DNA from: Paragordius varius
Lineage: Eukaryota; Animalia; Nematomorpha
Assembly: GCA_964247055.1 (NCBI GenBank)
Contig: OZ176050.1
Location: 4,960,001-5,024,000, forward strand
Length of the DNA stretch: 64,000 nt
Reading direction: 5' to 3'
The notes beneath the pieces were generated by a model. It ran no database searches, was not told the origin of the DNA, and saw only the letters and a program-made list of their open reading frames with translations. The translations under genes were made by a program, and so were the position numbers. Every line of letters starts with the position of its first letter. The first letter of the stretch is position 1. Of the stretch, positions 1 to 10,600 are shown piece by piece.

Positions 1-1176
1 AACACTACCATCCCCATCACCATAAACCATAGCCGGTTGACTATCTGGCCACTTATGAGTTTTAGCGTCCCAAGCCAATTGTTCAGGGGTCATAACCTTG
101 GTTCCATACATGCAATACAATTTAACCCCAAGTGAAGGATTGTTTTTCAATGGCCCAATTTTGGACGATGGTAAATATATGAGATCACGATTATCAAGCC
201 ACATGGAGTAAACATCGGGTAAATCAAGTGCAAGAAACAGCTCTTTTAAAGTGCTGAGAGAATAATTTTTGTTTGGAGAATAGACTAGGAGTTCTTCATC
301 ATTCCACAATTCTTTTCGAGGAAGGAGCCAGGCTAAACTGGGATACGTACGTTGACCATCCCGTATTTTTAACGCATTCAATGGGTAAGCATCCAAATTG
401 TCACCTGAGATGTACATTTTTAGTGCTTTGACAGTCCCGGCCCAAGGTGCTGACAACGATATGAAAGAGTGAATATATTTATCTTTCCACGTTTGAGATT
501 GTAGTTGGAGAAAATATTTGGCATACAAACAACCCATACTGTGACACAATAAAATAACCGGCTTCAATAAATCACCATGCATATCTTCAACCAAAATCTT
601 CATGTCATTAAGCATTTTCATATTTTCAACTATAAAATACTAAATTTATATATACGCGGAGTTTTCCTGAAATCATAAGGGGCACCACGGATACTTTTGT
701 CACGGACAAGACCTATTTTTACCAAAGAATCTGCAATGTAAGCAAAATATTTGCCTATAAGTTAAACAACAAGTAAAACTTATAGATCGTTTATTAGGAT
801 CCAACCATTCAACAGATGATGTGTTGCCAAAACCAGGGACGCGAATATCCACCCCATCATTGTTTCGCGTTGTATGAGAAACATTATCATAGACCAATCT
901 AAAATTAAAAATTAAGATTACTCAACGTTTGATACCCAACAATCAATAAAGTATGGAATCAGTAATTCAAGATTCAACCATATATTGTACCAATCTGTCG
1001 TACGTTTATAGCAAAGGAGCCTGGGTGTATCATTTCTGTTTAATCGAGCTTCCATATGACTCCCTCCATCGCCCGGAACTATAATATTATAGTTATAAAA
1101 GAATTAAACTTAATAAAACCGGGTATTGACCATACACTAGTGATAGAAGACTAAAAAATAAAAGAGTCCTTTTCAT
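1..1176 (-). CDS. PLA2G15: Lysosomal phospholipase A2 / LCAT-family acyltransferase (3' end runs off window)
   Basis: Exons 1176-1110, 1078-922, 898-780, 754-656, 629-<1; introns 31, 23, 25, 26 nt. Translation shows a signal peptide MKRTLLFFSLLSLVYG, then IPGDGGS, DIRVPGFG, RGAPYDFR, lipase motif CHSMG, SLSAPWAG and YGDGDGSV. PLA2G15 versus LCAT assignment is not certain. Confidence 0.9.
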
Positions 1177-1243
1177 AATGATAAAACATAGAGCAGCTGA
1201 TGATCGGCTTAGAACATGAATGTTGGCGCATAACGAATGAATC
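1177..1243. promoter_or_regulatory. Putative bidirectional promoter, LPLA2/SLC35F6 (67 bp between ATGs)
   Basis: Divergent start codons at 1176(-) and 1244(+). Promoter function is inferred from position only. Confidence 0.55.
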
Positions 1244-3530
1244 ATGACGAATTGGACCAAATACGGGATATTATTGGCCATTGCGATGGTTATTACAGGG
1301 GCAATAAATACTTTATCAACAAAGTTTTTAATTACGTAATTTAAAGGTGGGCAGATATGATAGTGTCAAAAGGATACAATAATAATCCCCACACATTTAA
1401 CCATCCATTTATTCAAGTTATATCTCTTTAATATTTGCACGATTTTGTGTATGATATTTTCAAATGGTTTTATATTATATATTTTACTATTGATTTTAAA
1501 AACCAGTTCCTAAAGTTTCTGAACATACTTAATGTATATTTATTTTGTTCAAATTCAACAATTTTCATAAGTCATTCTCTTTCAACCTTCAATCTAATAA
1601 TCACACTCAACATTTTATTTATCAAAATACTAGCATTTTTAACGTTTTCAATCATATTTATTCCGTTAAAATTGAATTTTTAGTTTTCCTTATTTTTTGA
1701 ATTTTTAAGGGATATAGTTTTTAGTTAAAACTATTTTGGAACGCATGAGATTTTCAAAAAATAGGATTCAGCCATTATGGATGCTTATTAAACATTTGAA
1801 TAATTATTTTTTGTTAGTTTAAAAAATTTAATTTAAGGAAAGTGTAGAGAATTAAGACATATATTAGTGACAACTTTATAATATTTCTTTTATAATCTAG
1901 TCGTGTGGCATGTTTTTGGGCGAAATGCTATGCATAGTAACGTATAAAATTATGCGGTTATACCAAATACGACAAAACCGTAACCGAGAAATCAATCCAA
2001 TGAATAATATTAACCCTTTTTCACCCTTAATATTTTTACCACCTGCCATGTTTGACATGACTGCCACCAGTTTAATGTATATGGCACTAATTTTTACATA
2101 TGCGTCCAGTTTTCAAATGTTACGCGGTTCTGTTATCGTTTTTACCGGATTGATATCAGTCGCTTTTTTGGGTAATCACTTGGGTCTACGTAAATGGGCC
2201 GGAATCTTTGTTATAATATCTGGTCTTATGCTTGTTGGTTTATCTGATGTACTAACCTCAAATGCCAACATTTCAGATCGTAATGCAATTATTACGGGTA
2301 TTAATTAATAATATTTAAAGTGTTTTGATAAAATTTTGAAATTAGTGAAATAAAAGCGCAATTTTTTGCCAATTTCATTTTTAACCTAAGCAATAACAGG
2401 TGTTTTTACTGAAAAGTTCTGTGTTGAGATATTGTGCCAAATATTTAATTTTTCCTTCTACAATATTCCTTTTTTACAATTATGGTAAGGTGATATTGTT
2501 AAACATTCAAAAATCGTAATTATACACACCTTGACATATTTTTAAAATTTAAAACTTATAGTTTATATTAACACTTTTTTCCTTTTGCGTATGTAGGGGA
2601 TATGCTCATTATTTTAGCTCAAATAATAGTTGCATGCCAGGTGTGTTACGAGGAAAAATTCATAACGCGGTATGATGTACACCCACTTCAAGCTGTAGGT
2701 TGGGAAGGCATTTTCGGTTTTTTAATCCTAAGTTTCCTCATACTTTTGCTCAATTTTATTCCCCTGTCGGCGTCTACCCATTCACTTTTCCCTCACATTC
2801 CAGGAACCCGAATGGTGATTGAAGATGTAACTGATGCATTTTATCAAATCAAAAATTCACCTGCTCTCATGATAGCCTTGTTAGGTAAAGATCGTAACTA
2901 ATTAGTTAATGACTTTAACGCAGGAATTTTAGTGCGCTCCACATAATGTTCATATAATTTATATATCGCGTAAATATTTGGCCATATATTACTAGTTTTT
3001 TATACACACATCATTTTTGAATATCAATTATTTAGTACATCTACTCAACTAGGTTAGTAATAAATACTAAATTTCATAGTAAATATATAAAATTTATTAC
3101 TGAAACTAACTTAAAAGAATGAGGAAGATTATTTTTACAAAACACAAAAATAGGAGCAGAACAAAACAATATTAAAATATCATTCAATTAAACACATATT
3201 TAATATTTAGGAAATATCCTTAGCATAGCAGTCTTCAATTATGCCGGCATTGCTGTAACTAAAAGTATGAACGCTACAACCCGAATGGTGCTTGATAGTA
3301 TGCGAACCCTACTTATTTGGATCGTGAGTTTATCATTGCGATGGCAAGCCTTTCATTACTTGCAGTTGATTGGATTCACCTTCCTTATTCTGGGTATGGT
3401 TGTTTATGAACGCATTTATCATTTATTGCCGTCGTGTCAAAATATGCGGCGACAAAATTTATTCGGAAACAACAATACCACGATGGATGATGACTCCACC
3501 GATCCATTGTTTGTGGAATCTGAAGATTGA
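1244..3530 (+). CDS. SLC35F6: SLC35F6-like nucleotide-sugar/DMT transporter
   Basis: Exons 1244-1323, 1347-1416, 1901-2297, 2597-2884, 3211-3530; introns 23, 484, 299, 326 nt. Motifs: MTNWTKY..ITGAINTLSTKWAD, FNHPFIQ, MFLGE, SSFQMLRGS, YEEKF, GWEGIFG, NATTRMVLDSMRT. Confidence 0.93.
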
Positions 3531-4319
3531 TTTTTTTAACCTATGGGTTAATGATGACTCAGTCTCTTTTTACTTCCAAATAAATCTCACATGTATACTA
3601 CCCCTTTTTTTTCATTCAAAAACATAACTCATTTTCATTGAAACGCGTTTTTTGGAATGAAAAATTAGGTATGTAGCAAACTTACCTATGTGTATATTTT
3701 ATATTTATATCATATCATACCAAAAAAGATTTATGTAATACGAATAAATAATTTTTAATTGATGGATATATAAATACTATAATAAATTAACTTTTTAACA
3801 CATGCAATATACAATTAGTTATAAGGCAAAAAAATGACGGACGTACAAATTTATTTATATATATATGTTGATTTATGGAACACATTATATTTTAAACATT
3901 AATCTAAAATAAATATACTTATACGCACATAAATATGCATATATTAATTATGGCTATCATATAAAAATTAATTGGATAGAAAACCATTATAAATTATAAA
4001 ATTATGCATGATAATAATAATAATACAAAATAATTAATGTTGTACTGTTGCACATATGGTATGGTAGGTAGAAAGATAGATAATACGGTGAATATGTTTA
4101 AAGATAATTACGAATGAGGGCACTTATTAATACGTAATACATTTATTGATTATTTTAGTCTTCTTAATTGTTTATCATTTGTAAATCAAATGCAGGAACT
4201 TTTATTAACAATATATACCATATTATATCATGGTGGAACGTTGGGTGAGAAATATTTATTACAGATTATTTCTTGGTAAATACATAATTTTAACTTGGTA
4301 AAAGCGCCGTTGAGATTAA

Positions 4320-7300
4320 TTAATATCTTGGGAATAGTTTTGTTAAATCTTGCATGTTTCCTTTAACAACCACCTCTTTAAGTTCAATCTTGGGTCGTGT
4401 TTCAAACAGAAGGGCCCTGTTTTGGAGTGTCCCTTTCTTAATCCAATGTCCATAAATGTGGAAAGCCAGTGTGTCGATATACTTGTGAACGGGTTTAGCT
4501 CTGTAAGGATCCTCCCTCAGAATACTTTCAGTTACTACCAACTCTAGGCCGCGAAGTTTTGAGAGTCGAAGCCTTTGAAGCACAACAATGTGGAGTACAA
4601 CTATAATGGCTTTCTGTACGTGTGTGAAGCCATACAGATAAAAAAATATATATTATGAATCAACAGCGTAATAAAATATTTTTTAGGGAAATATATATGT
4701 ATGGAAACTTTTGATTAGTTACGACGAACTAAAAAATTTGCAATAAAATTTGTTAAGATTGAAATTGATGAATTTACAAAATTGCAATTATAATTAAGAT
4801 GATTAAAAGTAGTAATTAACAACAAAATGATAAAAATGGTCATAAAATACATTTAAAAATTATTGTAATCAAACCTTAAACAGGAGCCGGGGTTTAAATA
4901 TTCTTTTAATGCCAATTGCTTCAATTTCATGGGTAAAAAAGAAGGGATGTTTCAGTGCTTGTTCCGCTGTTAATCGTTCACTCGGTTTTTTCACCAACAA
5001 ATTTTTGATCTTAAAAAATAATTATTACATAAAAGATTGATTAAAAGGGCTTTATTATTTTAAAATTCGAACTAGGGTGTGTTATATTTGTTTCAGAATA
5101 CTATATATAATTGTACAATTTCAAACAAAACAAAAACACAATCAAATTTCAAAAAGATATTGCTATTAGACCATACCGTCAATAGAAGTAAACCCTAATA
5201 TTGCATAAATATTTACCAAATCTTTCGCAATGTCAGACATATCAATGGTTGGATCGGATAGATCTATTTCTTTGTCCATAATGTTTCGGAACATGTACAT
5301 TTGTTTTTTGTGCCAAAAAGGCGTTGTCCCAACCAACAAAGAATACATGAGAACGCCAGAAGACCAAACATCTACGGGTCTTCCGTAACCTTCTGCACTG
5401 GAAAACATGCGACAAGCCAATATTTCAGGGGCTAAGTAGGCTGGTGTCCCACACAAATCTAATTAATCCACGCATCCATAGTTAATAAATTTTATCTTAT
5501 TTTAACCAAAGTTATTATAATTTTTTTAAAAAGCTATTTATTTTAATGCAACATTTTTTTGTGCTACAAAAAAGATATTGGTTAAAAATTGAGAGAACTA
5601 GCTTCATGATGGCCTATTTTAAATTAAACATGACAGAATTAGTTATTTCATGCAACAAATTTGTGACATCAAAATCATATAAAAATAATGAAAATAACAA
5701 CTAAGGTATTATTATTATAATTTAGTTTTATAAGGTGCATAAGTTAATATCTAAATTTAAGATATAATAACCATTTATCTGTTTTTGCGAATAAAATTAT
5801 ATAAAGCTATATAGCCTTAAAAATAAATATAAAAAATGGCACAAAAGAGTTGGATTCCAGCGAGTCATAATAATATTTAATACAGAACCGAAAAAATACC
5901 AAATATATTTGCATGTTAAAAGTTAAATAAGAAGATAATTTACACTTCATTACCTTTTCACTTTTTTTGTCCTAGTTTACATTTTGGGATAATCCCAGAG
6001 CTTTTTGTAAATAAACTACATTTTTGAGATTTGGTTAAGTTCAAATTTAATTATCAAAATTTTTTTTCATGTATTAGATAAATAATGTTATATTTATTAC
6101 AGTAAAACTTCTAGAGCCTAAAATTAGGACAGCTCCAAAAACGATTGAAATGAACAGCTGATACAGAAATGAAAATATATCAAGATTTTGCTGGTTAAAT
6201 GTAGCCCGAAGATTTTTAAAGTTAATTATATACATTTTCCAACCAAAACATTTATTTGCGTGTTGCATTAGCGATTTAAAAAAATTTATAGAAAAAAATG
6301 GCAGCAAAAAAGCTTAAAATGAGGATTTTTTACAATTTTATAAAAAAAATATTCTTTTGTATAATGTGCCCTAAAGAAAGCAGATTTTTAAATTTGGATT
6401 AATACCTGACACACTTTTTAAGATACTGAAATTTTAAATGGTTCTGGGATATAAAACTTTCCCAAAGGTAATGGAGTGTTAACATGCAGTGTGGAATGTT
6501 ATTGTTCGGTAGTAATAACTACGATTGAGAAAGATTAATGTTCGGTTTTTAATAGATTGATTCATAATACCCGGTCTGACGGCTGATGAATGCAGTATTC
6601 ATGGTCATAACCAGTAAATTAATACCAGACATTAATATGTAAATAAAATAAACAAAGTAAATTGAGGAAACAAAAATTAAAATTTTACATTTAGTATAAA
6701 ATAAACTTTAACAGTTATCATTTCGAATTCAGTTAGTATAAAGTTATGATTATATTTTCAATATTTTTGAAAACGATCAGAGTAACGGGGAATTTTTAAC
6801 TGGTTAATAAAAAATTTTACCTTTCAGAGCGTGATCATCTTTTACGGTTATGGAAAAGCCTAAATCCGTCAATTTAATGGAAAAGTTGTCGTCTGATACA
6901 AGGATGTTTTCGGGTTTGATATCACGATGGACAACCATCAATTCATGCATATGAGCTAATGCAGAAAATACCTGTCTCATAATGTGTCTATTTTGTTAAA
7001 AACAATACTAACTTTGTCCTTTTCTCTGATAAAGTAACTTCCTGGGCTAGGTAATCATATAATTCTTTTTTACACCTAAACATATAGCAAAAACTTACAA
7101 TTGTAGAACTAGAAAAATAAAGGAATTCGTCACACAACTATCATATATTTCAACTGCAAATTATTTTTTTATTTATACTTATGTTTGGGTGTGGGGACAC
7201 CAATTTTATAATATTTATTTCTTGCATAGTGGATTCGTATAACAATGTTTTTTCATCTTCTGAACTATAAGTTCCGCTTATATCAACTATTTTAACAGCA

Positions 7301-7510
7301 AATTCTTTCCCAGTTTTCTTTTCAATACATCTTCTAACAAAACTACTCCCACCTCTGCACTATTATCGATATAATTTACTTTCCTAAAAGTTCTTTAGGC
7401 TCATATTTAAAATAAAATTCTTTTCCCAATAGTTCATCTGGCATTAGCGGCTCCTCTCTTTTCAGAGAAGGCCTACGTAACGTTTCGATAGGACTCTGGG
7501 TAATTGTCAT
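4320..7510 (-). CDS. PHKG: Phosphorylase b kinase gamma catalytic subunit
   Basis: Exons 7510-7380, 7354-7179, 7153-7099, 7075-7013, 6987-6821, 5458-5217, 5009-4875, 4613-4320. Motifs: [39 protein letters not shown], and the PHKG-specific tail [29 protein letters not shown]. Confidence 0.93.
5939..6482. mobile_element. TTAA-flanked MITE (piggyBac-like ends), copy 1, in PHKG intron 5
   Basis: Left end tttaCACTTCATTACCTTT is the near-perfect reverse complement of right end AAAGGTAATGGAGTGttaa. The interior (aaaattaggacagctcc..acgattgaaa..cattagcgatt) matches 41.36-41.59 kb. Confidence 0.65.
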
Positions 7511-7634
7511 ACAAATATAATTTATGTAATGAATAAAACTAAGGATGAAAACAAGGACATGGGTAAAATAACTCTCAGGTCAAAAACTTAACATATTGAT
7601 TCTGGAATGCATGCTTATATAGGCCATAACGAGC
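7511..7634. promoter_or_regulatory. Putative bidirectional promoter, PHKG/OSGEP (124 bp between ATGs)
   Basis: Divergent start codons at 7510(-) and 7635(+). Promoter function is inferred from position. Confidence 0.55.
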
Positions 7635-10600
7635 ATGGTTATCGCTTTAGGTCTGGAAGGAAGCGCAAATAAGCTTGGTATAGGCATAGTTCAAGATAAT
7701 ATTGTACTTTCTAACCCAAGAAAAACTTATATTACACCTCCTGGTGAAGGTTTTATTTTTTTTATGAATTTAAGGTTTTTTGCCCCGTGACACTGCTAAA
7801 CATCATCAAACGCATATAATTGATTTAATCGATACCGCATTGCAACAAGCCAATGTTAAACCCAAAGACATTGATATACTATGTTACACCAAAGGTATTA
7901 AGTAAAACAGTTTGAAAGCTATTATAATAATTTTTCAATTGTGTTTTTAATGATGTAATGCATCACCGTATATTTTTTCAAACCTTATTTTCAATAATAT
8001 TGTCTATAGATAATCTACATTTTTGGGCAGGCATATATTAATACCGGTCTTATTTTCAGATTTCTTTCAGTGAACATAGTTATTTTAAAATTAAATCAAA
8101 ACTTAAAACGTTATTTCGTTTTTCACCTTAGATATGGCAATTTTTGATATTTTTTTATAGTTTAAAATCATCTTCGAAAAAAATTATTAAAAAGATGATC
8201 ATTTTCGGTAGCTAAATTACTGAATCATTTTTATAATATAGTAGCTGGCCCTGTCACGCTTCGCTGTGACGTAGTCTCTCCGATAATTATCTTAATAATT
8301 TGCAATAGAGGTAATTGAGATTAAAAAATAATAAAAAACATATTTAATAAAAAGAATGTCTTTAATTATTCTTTTACAGGTTTTTTTATAGGCTTAAATA
8401 TTGTTTACTCGAAATTGACCATATTTAAACTGTCCCTTATTATAAGATTTTCGTTTTACCAAATCATGGTGAAATTGTGTTTATACACATGGGATCAAGG
8501 GATATAAAAAGAAAATCATTTATGTTTTTAAAGGAAAGTATGATATTATACAAATTCCTAAGAAATGTGTTTAACTAAACCCGTATGAATTCTTAAGTTT
8601 TTGGGAAAATTAGATCCAAAACCACGCCATTTTTGTACGGCCTCTCAGTTTTAAACAGGTAGACCCTTACCCATAGACCTATATGGAAAAAGCTTTGAGT
8701 TAAATTCTTTGCCTTTATAGGGCAAATATTTGGAATCATCTTTGATACCAACGTCTCATGGGTTATATGGGTCGTTCGAAAAAATACATCAATACTAAAT
8801 AATGGTTATATGATGGCGTATTTTTAGGACCTAAAGGCCCCAATTTAACGACGAATAAAACGTGTGACCGTATATGAGCTCATACGGCTTCATATATTTT
8901 CTGTAAATTAGCCCCAAAACAACGCAATTTCTATATAGTGGCTCAGTTTTTGGCGGGTAGCTCCCTACCCAGGGGCAGGTAAAAAAAGCGTCGGGCAAAA
9001 TTTTCGCCTTTTATGGGGAATATCTGGAATTATCATGGATTCCATATGTTCCTATTGGTCTCATGGATTTTCTTTAATTTGGCTCCAAAGGCATGTTGTA
9101 TCGATATGATGACGCAGTTTTACGCGTGCCCTAACCAAAAAAGCAAGAAAACGCTCAATATTTTTGCCATTCTGGTAATACCTGAAATCATGATTGATTC
9201 CATATGCTTTCTTAGAATTGCCTCAAAACCAATAAGTCATTCTATTGTGGCGCTTTTTCAGTGCAAGGGCCTAATTAAGGGGTATTTTGATAAACCGCTC
9301 TACCTAAATTTTTCCCTTTTTACGAGTAATATTTCAAGCCCTTATTGAGTTCATATGGCCTGATAAGTTTTTTAGAATTTGCCTCCAAAATCACGCTATA
9401 TCGATATGGTGGCGCAGTTGTAGGCTGTAGCCCCCTACCCATAGGCCAATATTAAAAGGACGTTTGATAAAAATTTTTGCTTTTATAGGGTAATACCTGG
9501 AATCATCATTCATTCCTTTTTCTTCATAATTTTTAGAAGAATGGCTTTAAATAATAGTTCAATGATAGCGCATTTTTTAGGGCGTAAAGGGCCTAATTAA
9601 CGGCCAATTTAAAAAAATCACGACTTATTTTACCTTTTTACCGGTAATATTTTAGGCCCTTATTATACTTATAAGGCCAGATAAGTTTTTCTGAATATTA
9701 AATTCTAAACAAGGCAATTCCGATATTGTGGCGCAGATAAAGAGGGGTAGCCCCCTACCCAGATGCCAATATAAAAAAGACGTTCGATGAAAATTTTGCC
9801 TTTATAGGGAAATACCTAAAATCATCACTCATTTTATATGTCCCTACCCAGAGGCTGATACAAAAAAAGCGCTTGATTAAAGTTTTTCCTGAATACCTGG
9901 AATCATGAATGCTCTCATTAGTTTTTGGAAAAATTGCCTCAAAAATAAAATATGATCCTATGGTGGCGCATTTTTCAGGGCGCGAAGGGCGTAATTAACG
10001 GCTAATTTAAAAAGCCGGACTACTTAAATTCTTGCCTTGTTAAGGGTAAATTTTAAGCACCTATCGAACTCATATGTGATTGGTTTTTTGAAATTTAACC
10101 CCAAAGGCACTCTATTTAGATATGACGGGGCAGTTTTTAGCGGGTATCACCTTACCCAGCGGCCAATATAAAAAAAACGCACGACTAAAATTTTGCCTTA
10201 TAACGCGGAATACCTGGAATCATTATTGAATTTTTACGGTCTCATACCTTGGGCGAATATAGATTCAAAAAATTATATTTGTGGATTTTATTTTCGAAAA
10301 AAATGGCATTTTGCGGGGGGAGCGGGTAAAAAGAGGGCCTAATTTAAAAAAGCGAGCCGACTATGTTCGGCTCAATCGAAAAAAAGTAAAAAAAAATAAT
10401 ATTTGAAATCGAATGGTCCAACATGTTTTCCGGAAAATTGTCTCAAAGACACGATTTTTGTGGACTTGTGTTTTAACACCCGTTTTTTCGCGGGGTGGGC
10501 CCTAAAAAAACAGACGAAGCTATTGTCGGGGCATTCATTAATGATTATATTTTTTCGATATTTGGATTTGAATGGGTTTACCGGTTTTCTGGAAACAGAT

